64,000 nt of DNA from Candidatus Latescibacterota bacterium (GTDB taxonomy: Bacteria > Latescibacterota > UBA2968 > UBA8231). The position numbers and the translations under genes are program-made. Location of the stretch: positions 1,088,001 to 1,152,000 of the forward strand of contig OZ241889.1 in NCBI GenBank assembly GCA_965203355.1, in the 5' to 3' direction. Below the pieces are notes generated by a model. It searched no databases, was not told the DNA's origin, and was given only the letters and a program-made list of their open reading frames with translations. Every line of letters starts with the position of its first letter. The first letter of the stretch is position 1. Below are positions 10,488-20,064 of this stretch, piece after piece.

Positions 10488-10910
10488 GTGAGCTATCAAA
10501 ATGTCAGTCCCACTGAGGCGAAGGAACTACTTGAAGGCGACGCGGGCGCGGCCTATATCGACGTCCGCTCCATCCCCGAATACGAAGGAGGCCATCCGGC
10601 TGGCGCGTTCAACATCCCCATCATGCAACGCCACGCCGCGGGCCTGGTTCCCAACCTCGATTTCGTCCGGGTCGTTCAAGCCAATTTTGCCGCGGATGCC
10701 AAGCTGCTCGTCGGCTGTCAGTCGGGTGTGCGCTCCCTGCGCGCTTGTGAGGCCCTCGTCGCGGCTGGTTTTACGGATGTGGCCAATGTCACCGCTGGTT
10801 TTGGCGGGTCGCGCACCGAGCGCGGCTGGCAGGATCTCGGCTTTCCAGTCGAGTTCGGCGCCAATGACGACAAAGGCTACGCAGCGCTAAGCGGCGATTC
10901 GGGCGCGTGA
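10488..10910 (+). CDS. rhodanese-like domain protein
   Basis: IDVRSIPEYEGGHPAGAFNIP and CQSGVRS active-site loop. Confidence 0.9.
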   Translation: MSYQNVSPTEAKELLEGDAGAAYIDVRSIPEYEGGHPAGAFNIPIMQRHAAGLVPNLDFVRVVQANFAADAKLLVGCQSGVRSLRACEALVAAGFTDVANVTAGFGGSRTERGWQDLGFPVEFGANDDKGYAALSGDSGA

Positions 10911-11605
10911 GCGAGTTGCTCAATCCCTATTTCCAGGTGGGGCTCGACGTGATGGATCGGCTCTGCTTGGTCATCGGCGGGGGCCGCGAGGCCGAGGACA
11001 AGGCCGGTCGCTTGCTAGCCGCGGGTGCGCGGTTGGCGGTGGTAAGCCCCAGCGCGACGCCCGCGCTCGTCGAATGGGCTGGGGCTGGCCGCCTTACCTA
11101 TCACCCGCGTTGCTTTGCGGAATCCGATCTCGATGACGTCTTCTTGGTGCTGAACACGGTGCGCGACCGGGCGTTGACGGCGCGGGTGTACGAACTTGCC
11201 ACGGCGCGCAAGGCCCTGATCAACTCCTACGACAACCCAGCCTATTCCAATATTGGCATGGTGGCCTTGGTGCATCCGGGCCACTTGCGGCTGAGCATCT
11301 CCACCTCCAACGCCAGCCCGGCGCTATCTGGCCGCTTGCGACGAGACCTTGAAGAAATTTTCGCCGGGGAATTTGCCGCGTATCTCAATGGCTTGGCCGA
11401 GGTGCGCCAGCGAGTGCGCGCCAAAGTTGGCGACCGGGAGACGCGCTTTGCCCTGCTGCGCTCTTTGGTTAGCGGCTTCCGCTTGGAAGGGACGTTGCGC
11501 TATCCGGCCGACTGGAAGCGGCACGTGGATGCGCTGCTGACGTGTGAGTTGGAGTTTTGTGGGGCGGAGAAGCGGTGTGCGGATTGTCCGTTGGGAAGCG
11601 GATAG
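10907..11605 (+). CDS. precorrin-2 dehydrogenase/sirohydrochlorin ferrochelatase (CysG-N/SirC/Met8 family)
   Basis: CLVIGGGREA Rossmann motif, VVSP, LSISTSNASPALSGRLR. Confidence 0.85.
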   Translation: MSELLNPYFQVGLDVMDRLCLVIGGGREAEDKAGRLLAAGARLAVVSPSATPALVEWAGAGRLTYHPRCFAESDLDDVFLVLNTVRDRALTARVYELATARKALINSYDNPAYSNIGMVALVHPGHLRLSISTSNASPALSGRLRRDLEEIFAGEFAAYLNGLAEVRQRVRAKVGDRETRFALLRSLVSGFRLEGTLRYPADWKRHVDALLTCELEFCGAEKRCADCPLGSG

Positions 11606-11622
11606 GGCCGGGCAAAGAACCG

Positions 11623-12261
11623 TTAGCAGAGCCGTTCCACTTCTTCTACCACCTCGCGCACTGATGCTAGTACTTTGTACGCAGGCGAAAAGTCGCCGTG
11701 TTGCGACAGCCCATTCGGCACGACTAGTACGCGCAATCCAGCTTTTGCGGCGGCGGCACATCCCCGCTCAGAATCCTCCACGACAACACAGGTCTCAGGA
11801 GCTAACCCATGCAGTCGCATGGCCGTCAAATACGCATCGGGATGCGGCTTTGCTTCTTTGTAATTTTCCCGCGTGACCACAAAGTCGAAAAACGGGAGCA
11901 GATTCGTCTGGGAGTGAATGATGTCAAAGTGATCTTTCCGCGATCCCGTCACCACGCCCATGAGCATGCGCTCGTGCAATGTCCCGAGCGTTTCCACCAC
12001 CCCATCCAAAACCCGCACATGTGCCCGCAGCAACGCACTGTAGCGCTCATTGCGCTGTAAGCGCAACCGATCGATTAATTCAGCATCTTGGTCGGGCAAT
12101 AGGTCAAATACACTTTGCCCCTTTTGCAACGACTGTTCGACAAAATCCTCCCGCGTCAGTTCGACATTTTGCGTTGCCATGATCTCCCGTCCCGCTTGAA
12201 AGTACAGCCCCTCGGTATCCACCAACACGCCGTCGTTGTCCCACAAAATTGCGCGAATCAC
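11623..12261 (-). CDS. HAD-superfamily phosphatase
   Basis: WDNDGVLVDTE, KPHPDAY, VEDSERG. Confidence 0.92.
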   Translation of the reverse strand: MIRAILWDNDGVLVDTEGLYFQAGREIMATQNVELTREDFVEQSLQKGQSVFDLLPDQDAELIDRLRLQRNERYSALLRAHVRVLDGVVETLGTLHERMLMGVVTGSRKDHFDIIHSQTNLLPFFDFVVTRENYKEAKPHPDAYLTAMRLHGLAPETCVVVEDSERGCAAAAKAGLRVLVVPNGLSQHGDFSPAYKVLASVREVVEEVERLC

Positions 12262-12280
12262 AAAAACCTCCTATGCGTCT

Positions 12281-12330
12281 GTTAGTGGCCGGTGGCCAGT
12301 CCACTCTCCGATCACTGACCACTGACCACC
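12281..12330. repeat. heptamer (CAGTGGT/ACCACTG) inverted repeat cluster
   Basis: gttagtggccggtggccagt followed by atcactgaccactgaccac. Confidence 0.75.
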
Positions 12331-14391
12331 CTAGCGCAAGACCGCGATTTTGTCTCTTGCGAGTAGCGTGCCTGCGGGAGAGTGGATCGTGTAGATATAG
12401 ACGCCGTTGCCGACCGGTATATTGGTGTGGTTGACCCCGAGCCAGAGCACCTCGTTGGCCGTGGTTCCCAAACGCCGCTGCGCGTCGTCGTCTTCAATGG
12501 CTTCCCACACTAAATCGCCGGCCGGGCCAAAGACCTGCACCGAGGATTTGGCCGGTACGCCGCTGAAGCGGAGCACACTGCCGTTGCCGATGCGGAAGGG
12601 ATTGGGAAAGACCGCGATCTTTGATTGCGGCACTAGACGCAGGTGCTGGAAGACGCGGTTGTCCGTCTCGCTGGCCTCGTCAATTTGCCTTTCTGTATCG
12701 ACTTCAATCAGAAAGACCATCTCGCCAAATCGCTGCCAAGGAATGCGCAATTCCGCGTTCCCCCCCGCAGCCAATCCCTCTGGGGCCTGTTGCCGGTATA
12801 TGACCTCGCACCGGCTGGAGTCCAGCGCGCATTGCGAAACCTGCACTGAGAAGCGGCTGGAGACCGCGCCCAGCCCGATGTTGTTGACGCGGACGCGGAG
12901 ATCGTCGTCGCGTCCGCCGCGCAAGTCGCCGGTGAAGACCGCCAAGTTCGGCGTACCTTCTCCCAACCCGTACTCGGCCAATGTCGCCACGGCTAGCTGC
13001 GTGGTGCGGCGCACGAGCGCCCAGTTGAGGCTGTCGGGCAAGTCAGCGACCGAGTGGTAGTGCGAGTTGATGCGGTAGCGGCCTTCGCGGACTCCGTACG
13101 TCGTCGAGTCTGTGGGCAGGTAGTTTTCAATGCCGAGGATCGCGTCGTAGCCTCGCGCCCAGAACGGCGCGTGATCGCTGAGACGCGCCCGGCCGTCTTC
13201 GAGCAAGTCGATGTTGAGTTCGATTTCGTAGCGCTCGGCGACGGACGCCATGTGCTCAGCCAACCAGCGCGAGCTTTGATTTGTCACCAGCTCTAGCCGC
13301 TGTTGCAAGTCGTTGAAGCCGATCATGTCGAAGTTGAGGACGCCGAGGATAGGGTCGGCGCGGTCCGCGGCTAAAGCGGCGTACGCTTGGCTGCCCAGCA
13401 GTCCCAGTTCTTCGCCCGACCAAGCGATAAACAGAATGGACCAGGGAAAACGCTGCCCGGCTAGCAACTTCGCGCTCTCCAGCACCAAGGCCACGCCGCT
13501 GGCATTGTCGTCGGCTCCAGGTGCGGGGTCGCGTTGCCAGTCCCAACCAGCCGAGCGCACCCCTGTGGCGTCGTAGTGAGCGCAGACGATGTAGTACCCG
13601 GCCTCCGGGTCGGTGCCTGCCAGCGTACCGATGACATTGTACGCGGTGGTGTCGCTTGGTACATGTCCTAAGTTGCCTCCCCGAGCGGTGTGGGAAGTGA
13701 CGCGCCGCGAGTCAATGGGGAAGGAGTGTAGTTTGACTGCGCGGTCGCCGAGGGCTGCGGCCAGTTGCGAGCGGATGTACTCGGTTGACTCGAGTATCTC
13801 TGGATGCACGGCAAAGCGGCTGCGACTGTTGCCGGGGACGCTGCCCAAGGTCGGATCTTTTAGGGCGAGGGCTTCGACGTGGGCTTGCAGGCGCGTAGCC
13901 GCAACTTGCTCGATGAGGGTGGCTACCGCTGGCGATGCTGTTTGTAGGATCTTGGGCGCGCGCCGCGGTGCCGCCAGCCAGCCACTCAGACTATAGCTGT
14001 CGGGCAGCGGCCAGAGGAAATGGGGCCCCTCGTGCAAGCGGGCGTTCGGCCCCACCCGCAAGAGCACCCATTCGCCCCCCCCGGCAAAGACCAGTTCAAT
14101 GCCTTGGGGCAGGGGCCGATCGAGGTGATCGGCGACAAAATAGCGATCCCCTGGGCGCGGCCTGTCGAGGCAGAAGATGGCGAATCCCCGCTTGGTGAAC
14201 TCCTCGATTGCGCTTGCGTTGGCCTCGACAAAAGCTATATCCTGCGCTACGTAGCGCACCTGCTCACTTAGCGCGGCGATCGCGGTTAGTTCGCTAGGAG
14301 CCTTCCAAGACACGCCGACCAAGGATGGGTTGGCCAAGGCCGCGCTAATAAAAAAAAGAGAGGCAAACAACGCCCCTTTAACTGTGTTCAT
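12331..14391 (-). CDS. secreted M28 family metallopeptidase with CARDB-like and FlgD/T9SS-like C-terminal domains
   Basis: AHYD, GADDNASG, GEELGLLGS, NFDMIG, SDHAPF, YHSVAD; IDEASETDN; FPNPF..GVYIYTI tail; signal peptide after ATG 14391. Confidence 0.88.
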   Translation of the reverse strand: MNTVKGALFASLFFISAALANPSLVGVSWKAPSELTAIAALSEQVRYVAQDIAFVEANASAIEEFTKRGFAIFCLDRPRPGDRYFVADHLDRPLPQGIELVFAGGGEWVLLRVGPNARLHEGPHFLWPLPDSYSLSGWLAAPRRAPKILQTASPAVATLIEQVAATRLQAHVEALALKDPTLGSVPGNSRSRFAVHPEILESTEYIRSQLAAALGDRAVKLHSFPIDSRRVTSHTARGGNLGHVPSDTTAYNVIGTLAGTDPEAGYYIVCAHYDATGVRSAGWDWQRDPAPGADDNASGVALVLESAKLLAGQRFPWSILFIAWSGEELGLLGSQAYAALAADRADPILGVLNFDMIGFNDLQQRLELVTNQSSRWLAEHMASVAERYEIELNIDLLEDGRARLSDHAPFWARGYDAILGIENYLPTDSTTYGVREGRYRINSHYHSVADLPDSLNWALVRRTTQLAVATLAEYGLGEGTPNLAVFTGDLRGGRDDDLRVRVNNIGLGAVSSRFSVQVSQCALDSSRCEVIYRQQAPEGLAAGGNAELRIPWQRFGEMVFLIEVDTERQIDEASETDNRVFQHLRLVPQSKIAVFPNPFRIGNGSVLRFSGVPAKSSVQVFGPAGDLVWEAIEDDDAQRRLGTTANEVLWLGVNHTNIPVGNGVYIYTIHSPAGTLLARDKIAVLR

Positions 14392-14462
14392 GGCTAGCTT
14401 ACTTGTTGAGAAACAAAACGTTAGCGAACCTACTTTGCGCGTTAGCACCTGTCAAGCTCAAG

Positions 14463-14788
14463 GATAGTGGTCAGTGGCCGGTGGCCAGTGGCCAGTCCAC
14501 GCACCGCCCCCTGATAGTGGTCAGTGGCCGGTGACCAGTGGCCAGTCCCGCCCCGGCCCCTGATAGGGCGGGGAAACTGATCACTGATCGCTGACCACTG
14601 ATCACTAACCACTGACTACTGATCACTGATCGCTGACCACTGATCACTAACCACTGACTACTGATCACTGATCGCTGACCACTGATCACTAACCACTGAC
14701 CACTAACCACTGACCACTGACCACTGATCACTAACCACTGACCACTGACCACTGACCACTGACCACTGACCACTGACCACTGACCACC
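14463..14788. repeat. long heptamer array with higher-order units
   Basis: two ~50-bp units gatagtggtcagtggccggt.. then ~30 ACCACTG-type heptamers including a 42-bp unit repeated ~3 times. Confidence 0.95.
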
Positions 14789-14789
14789 C

Positions 14790-15638
14790 TTGTCGCAACT
14801 GAGCGCGTTTTTCCTGCTACCTCGGCCACTCAACGGCTTAATCACCGCCCTGTCGGTCGGCATTGGTGCTTTGACCGCCGATCAGACCCCCGCTTGGTCT
14901 GCCCTTGTGCTCGCCGCCTTTTCCGCCGCGTTGATAAACGGTGCTGGCAATGCCTTCAACGACTTGATGGACATCGACGTTGACCGCATCAACCGCCCAC
15001 AGCGCCCTTTGCCCTCCGGTCGTCTCAGCCCGAATGCGGCTCGAATGGAAGGTTTGCTTCTCGCCCTAGCTGGCTGTGCGCTCGGGTGCTGGCTCAGCCC
15101 TTGGCACGGGTTGCTCGCCCTAGTCGTCGTCGCCTTGCTCGCCGTCTATAGCATGTCCTTAAAAAACAGCCTGCTGTGGGGCAATGGGCTCGTTGCCGTT
15201 ATCGGGGCTGTTGCCTTTCCCTATGGTGCCTTAGCGGCTGGTGACATAGGGCGCTCGTGGATTCCGGCGCTCTTTGCCTTTCTCTTTCACGTGGGGCGCG
15301 AAATCGTCAAGGACATTGAGGACGTGGCCGGCGATCAAATCCGCGGCGCGCGCACCTTGCCCCTGTGTTGGGGGCGGCCCCAAGCCGGGATGCTGGCGGC
15401 CCTCGTTTATTTGGTTTTGGTCGGTTTTACTTGGATGCCGTTTTTCATGGGCTTCTACGGCGTGCTCTACGCGCTCGCCTTGCTGCCGGTCCATGCCTTG
15501 GTTGGCTACGTCCTCTGGCAATTGTATCGCCAACGCGCTGTGCTGACCGACGACCGCCTCGGTCGCTTGCTCAAAGTCGGCATGTTCTTGGGGCTTGTGG
15601 CCGTTGTCGTCGGCGAGGTCGTCTTTGCTATGGGTTAG
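14790..15638 (+). CDS. UbiA-family prenyltransferase, DGGGP-synthase-like
   Basis: NDLMDIDVDRINRPQRPLPSG and REIVKDIEDVAGD Asp-rich motifs; multiple TM helices. Confidence 0.85.
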   Translation: MSQLSAFFLLPRPLNGLITALSVGIGALTADQTPAWSALVLAAFSAALINGAGNAFNDLMDIDVDRINRPQRPLPSGRLSPNAARMEGLLLALAGCALGCWLSPWHGLLALVVVALLAVYSMSLKNSLLWGNGLVAVIGAVAFPYGALAAGDIGRSWIPALFAFLFHVGREIVKDIEDVAGDQIRGARTLPLCWGRPQAGMLAALVYLVLVGFTWMPFFMGFYGVLYALALLPVHALVGYVLWQLYRQRAVLTDDRLGRLLKVGMFLGLVAVVVGEVVFAMG

Positions 15639-15683
15639 TCGCGGCCTGATATTATGGAGCTAGTATAAGGAGCTGGTGCGTTT

Positions 15684-17000
15684 ATGCCCGACAAAAGAGA
15701 CCTGATTTCGCCGCGGACCCTCAAGGGATTCCGCGATTTTCCGCCGGCCTTGGCCATGCCACGCGAGGAGCTGATCGACAAGGCGCGCGTGGTTTTCCGT
15801 TCCTATGGCTTTGTGCCCATTGATACGCCCGCGCTCGAATACAGCGAAATACTCACCGGCAAAGGCGGCGATGAGAGCGACAAGCAGCTGTATCGCTTTG
15901 CCGATCACGGGGGCCGCGATGTGGCCCTGCGCTTTGACCTGACCGTGCCCTTTGCTCGATTTGCCGCCCAGCATATCGGCCAGCTCGGCACCCCCTTCAA
16001 GCGCTACCACATTGGTCCGGTTTGGCGCGGCGAGAACACGCAGCACGGCCGCTATCGCGAGTTCTATCAGTGCGACTTTGACACCATCGGCACCGACGCC
16101 AATGCCGCGGACATTGAAACGGTGCTCGTCATCCACGATTTGCTTGCGGCGCTGGGTTTTGAGCGTTTTGCCATCCACGTCAACAACCGCCTGATCCTCA
16201 ATGGCCTGCTCGAATCGCTCGGTTTGACCGAGGCGTCGGCCGCTATCCTCCGCGCCCTCGATAAGCTGCAAAAAGTCGGCGCGTCAACAGTCGCCGCCGA
16301 GATGAGCGCGGTGGTTTCCCGCGAACAGGCCGAGCACATTCTGGCGATGGTGCAGACTACGGGTACGCATGCCGAGATTCTCGATCGGATTGAACGTTCT
16401 CTAGGCGCCAACGATCGCGCGGCCGAGGGAATCGCCAACCTGCGCCAGCTTGTAGCGGCCTTTGCGGGTATGCCCCGAGATCGCTTGGTGCTCGACCTGT
16501 CTATCGCCCGCGGTCTCGATTACTACACGGGCACCGTCTATGAGACCTTGCTCGGGGATTTGCCGGCCATTGGCTCGGTCTGTAGCGGTGGGCGCTACGA
16601 CGATTTGGCCGGCCTCTACACCAAGCAGCACTTGCCCGGGGTTGGGGCTTCTCTGGGGTTAGATCGGCTGATGGCCGCGATGGAGGCGTTAGGGCTTTTG
16701 CAGGCGGCCGTTCCCGCCGCCGACGTCTTCATCGTCCAGTTCTCCGCCGAAGCCCTATCGTCCTACATCGCGCTCGCACGTCGCTTGCGGCAAGCTGGCC
16801 TCCGAACCGAATTGTACCCGGAGGCCAAGGGCCTAGGGCGGCAGCTCAAATACGCCGACCGCAAGGGCTTCCCCATCGCCCTGATTGGCGGCCCAGACGA
16901 ATTGGAAAAGGGCGTCTGGCAGGTAAAGGACCTGCGCGATGGATCGAGCGAAGACGTGAAAGACGACGAAGTGGTGTCTTACATACAGGCGAAGCGGTAG
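15684..17000 (+). CDS. hisS: histidine--tRNA ligase
   Basis: LRFDLTVPFAR, GRYREFYQCDFD, ARGLDYYTG, SGGRYD, anticodon-binding domain. Confidence 0.97.
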   Translation: MPDKRDLISPRTLKGFRDFPPALAMPREELIDKARVVFRSYGFVPIDTPALEYSEILTGKGGDESDKQLYRFADHGGRDVALRFDLTVPFARFAAQHIGQLGTPFKRYHIGPVWRGENTQHGRYREFYQCDFDTIGTDANAADIETVLVIHDLLAALGFERFAIHVNNRLILNGLLESLGLTEASAAILRALDKLQKVGASTVAAEMSAVVSREQAEHILAMVQTTGTHAEILDRIERSLGANDRAAEGIANLRQLVAAFAGMPRDRLVLDLSIARGLDYYTGTVYETLLGDLPAIGSVCSGGRYDDLAGLYTKQHLPGVGASLGLDRLMAAMEALGLLQAAVPAADVFIVQFSAEALSSYIALARRLRQAGLRTELYPEAKGLGRQLKYADRKGFPIALIGGPDELEKGVWQVKDLRDGSSEDVKDDEVVSYIQAKR

Positions 17001-17214
17001 CGCGGCGATCTTGCACATAATCGAAAGAAGGATAGTGTCGCAGTTTGAAACAATGTGCGGTACTACAAATGCGAAAAGAAGGCACGATGAGACCCCTCTG
17101 GGTCCGGCAAGCCGGTGCAGGCCGATTCGCGCACGGAATGCTGTGGGGTTCTGCAATCCCGGCGGCCGCGACAAGTTTGAACGCGCGGAGCTCGGCCCGA
17201 TTGAATATTCCTAA

Positions 17215-17358
17215 GAAGCGTTTTTAAAATTCTCGTCGGGCTACTTCAACGGACCGTCGAGAGGCTCCCGGGTCGGGCGTTTTCCGAGGGCGAGACTCCA
17301 TTACTACTAGGCTTTTTTGGGGTTCAAAAAACAATAAGAATAATTTTAAAAAGGCTTC
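17215..17358. mobile_element. MITE (144 bp)
   Basis: TIR GAAGCGTTTTTAAAATT..AATTTTAAAAAGGCTTC flanked by TAA on both sides; near-identical to 41195-41337. Confidence 0.85.
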
Positions 17359-17428
17359 TAAAGAAACGGAGGTTGGCGATGCACATTACAAGCGTTGCGA
17401 GTGGAGAATTTAGTAGGACGACTATACC

Positions 17429-18403
17429 ATGAACATTGGACTCTGCGCTTGGAGCTTTACCGGCGCTCACAAAGAAGCGAATCGCGCCATTGACCCTCAC
17501 ACCCCCGAGGGCCTAACGCGCCTAGCCCGCGACAACGGCCTCCACAGCGTCGAATTTGCGTCCCAATGGCTGGGAGACTGCTCGCCCGAAGAGCGTGCGG
17601 TTTTTGCCGAGACGCGCGCCGGTCTCGACCTGTTCTTGGACACGGGCGGCGACAACTACACTGAAGACATCGCGCCGTTGCGGCAGGCCATTGAGACAGC
17701 GCACCAAACGGGAGCCCGCGCCGTGCGCACGACCGTCAGTCGCCTCCTCGAAGGCAACCGCACCGAGTATGGTGCCGAAGGGATGCGGAACTACGTCGAA
17801 GCCTTGGTTCAGCCGTTCAAAGCAGTCATGCCGCTCGCCGAGGAATACGGCATCCCAGTGGGCATTGAAAACCACCAGGATTTGAGTTCGTGGGAATTGC
17901 TGTCGCTGTGCGAAAAGGTCGGCAGTCCGCAACTGGGCGTCACTTTGGACATAGGCAATGCCTTTGCCGTCGGCGAGCACCCCCTAGCCTTTGCCGAGCG
18001 GATCTTGCCGCTCGTCAAACACGTCCACATCAAGGATTACACGGTCCACCCCACGCCTTCAGGCTATCGCCTCAAGCGCTGCGCCATCGGCAATGGGGTC
18101 GTCGATTGGCCGGAGGTCCTGGCGCTATTCGACCGCGAGGTGCCGCAGGTGCAGGGCTGCATTGAACTCGGCGCGAGCAGTGCCCGCCACATTCGCCTGT
18201 TGGAAGAGGACTGGTGGGCGACTTTTCCCGAGCGCCCTTTCTCCGAGGCCATACATGCCATCCGCACCCTACATCAGGCGGCTGGCGATCCCGACGACTG
18301 GCAGACGCCGCACGAGCGCGGAGCGAGTGCGGACGTGCGGGTTGCCTATGAACTGGAGCAGTTTGAACGCTCGGTCGCCTACGTAAAGCGGCTGCTGGGA
18401 TGA
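17429..18403 (+). CDS. sugar phosphate isomerase/epimerase (TIM barrel, AP_endonuc_2)
   Basis: GIENHQD, TLDIGN, HVHIKDY, IELG metal-binding motifs. Confidence 0.88.
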   Translation: MNIGLCAWSFTGAHKEANRAIDPHTPEGLTRLARDNGLHSVEFASQWLGDCSPEERAVFAETRAGLDLFLDTGGDNYTEDIAPLRQAIETAHQTGARAVRTTVSRLLEGNRTEYGAEGMRNYVEALVQPFKAVMPLAEEYGIPVGIENHQDLSSWELLSLCEKVGSPQLGVTLDIGNAFAVGEHPLAFAERILPLVKHVHIKDYTVHPTPSGYRLKRCAIGNGVVDWPEVLALFDREVPQVQGCIELGASSARHIRLLEEDWWATFPERPFSEAIHAIRTLHQAAGDPDDWQTPHERGASADVRVAYELEQFERSVAYVKRLLG

Positions 18404-18475
18404 GCGTGCGTAGCGACATTTTTGTTTTTGCTGAATTTCGCTTCATCCAACCTATTATCGGGAGTATAAACGCGA

Positions 18476-19903
18476 ATGCAGCCTGCAATTTCCCCTAACG
18501 GGGGCCGTGTCCAAGAGCGTCAATTTCTCGATGCGCGTTTCAGGAGTCGCATAGAGGTCAACAGCGTACTCACGCGCAAGATCGTGTCTTATCAGGGCAA
18601 CCGGCGCATTCCCGGCCTCAGATGGATGAAGTACAAAGAAGGATTCTCTCGCTCGTTGGTCGAGCGCTTTATACAAGAGTTTCACCCAACAAATGTCCTC
18701 GATCCTTTCTGCGGCATTGGCACGACTCCTCTTGTAGCCTCAGCACATGGCCTGTCGGCGACCGGAATAGACATAATGCCTATTGGCGTCATGGTAGGCA
18801 ATGGGATCGCGGCGGCGGCTAATGGTGTGTCTCGGGAGCGGTTTGAATCGGCTGGAACTGCGCTGCTCGACGCCATTAGATCGAACAATACACCCTCGCC
18901 TGAGTGTTTCTTTCCCCATGTCAGAATAACGCGAGCCGCCTTCCCAACCGAAACGGAACTTGCAATCGCTAAGGCGAGGAGATTCATCGAAACGGTTGAA
19001 GACCTTGGCATCAAGAAGTTGCTCAATTTAGCCTGTATGACAGTGTTGGAAGATGTGAGCTACACCCGCAAGGACGGTCAATATTTGCGGTGGGATCATC
19101 GGGCTGCACGGGAGCTCAGAAGCAAGGTTGACAAAGGTCCAATACTGACATTGGAACAAGCCGTTGGTAATCGCCTATTCGAGATGACTCAGGATCTCGC
19201 CATTCTACAGCAGGAATTCATGGGAGGATGTCCCGAGTTTCAAATTGGCTCCAGCCTCGAGTTATTGCGTTTTCTGCCGAGTGATGGATTCGACATGGTC
19301 ATCACTTCGCCCCCATACGCCAATCGGTACGACTATACGCGGACCTATGCACTTGAGCTAGCTTGGCTCGGATACGATCAGGACGCCTTTGTCAATTTAC
19401 GACAGAGTATGCTAACAGCGACGGTAGAAAACAGGCCGAAAAGGGAGTGGCTACAAGAAGTTTATGGTGGAGATTCGCATCTTTTGGCAAAAGCAATCCA
19501 AATATATGAGAGTCAAGGGGCGATTCACGAGGTCCTCGCCATTCTCAAGCAGCATATCAATGAATTAGGGAATAGGCATGTGATCCGTCTGATCGAAGGC
19601 TACTTCCTCGAAATGGCAATTATAATTGCGGAATTAGGGCGGATATTACGACCCAATGGCACGGTGATCATGGTGAACGATAATGTTCAGTACCATGGCG
19701 AAGAAGTTCCTACGGATCTGATATTGTCCGACTTTGCTGAGCAGTCGGGGTTTACTTGCGAGAAGATTTGGATGTTGCCTCGCGGCAAGGGAAATTCAAG
19801 CCAGCAGATGCGTCGCTTTGGCAGACGTGAGATAAGAAAGTGTGTTTACAGATGGATACGTACGGATGATCGCCGGTGTCATAACGGCCGAGATGAGGTC
19901 TAG
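18476..19903 (+). CDS. site-specific DNA methyltransferase, probably N4-cytosine (M.AvaI/M.BsoBI-like)
   Basis: LDPFCGIGTT motif I, ITSPPYANRYDY motif IV, MVNDNVQY, KGNSSQQM; lower GC than flanks. Confidence 0.88.
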   Translation: MQPAISPNGGRVQERQFLDARFRSRIEVNSVLTRKIVSYQGNRRIPGLRWMKYKEGFSRSLVERFIQEFHPTNVLDPFCGIGTTPLVASAHGLSATGIDIMPIGVMVGNGIAAAANGVSRERFESAGTALLDAIRSNNTPSPECFFPHVRITRAAFPTETELAIAKARRFIETVEDLGIKKLLNLACMTVLEDVSYTRKDGQYLRWDHRAARELRSKVDKGPILTLEQAVGNRLFEMTQDLAILQQEFMGGCPEFQIGSSLELLRFLPSDGFDMVITSPPYANRYDYTRTYALELAWLGYDQDAFVNLRQSMLTATVENRPKREWLQEVYGGDSHLLAKAIQIYESQGAIHEVLAILKQHINELGNRHVIRLIEGYFLEMAIIIAELGRILRPNGTVIMVNDNVQYHGEEVPTDLILSDFAEQSGFTCEKIWMLPRGKGNSSQQMRRFGRREIRKCVYRWIRTDDRRCHNGRDEV

Positions 19904-20045
19904 GCTCGATCAGATGGGCGTCAATAAGGTGTTCCTACTTGATGATTTGGCATACGACGGAGAGCGTTGGAACGACTTCACCAATGAGGTGTTCCACTAC
20001 GCGATTCGCATTGCGAGTTGTACTAGCACCCAACAAACAAGATAG
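19866..20045 (+). pseudogene. probable C-terminal remnant of the partner restriction endonuclease
   Basis: protein-like frame IAGVITAEMRSRLDQMGVNKVFLLDDL..WNDFTNEVFHYAIRI overlapping the MTase end, in the position of a cognate REase; family resemblance is from memory. Confidence 0.5.
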
Positions 20046-20064
20046 CTTTTACAGGAGTCAAACC

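Noticed and set aside
14471-14863. ORF with SGQWSVV repeats
   Set aside because: It is the translation of the heptamer array and has no RBS.
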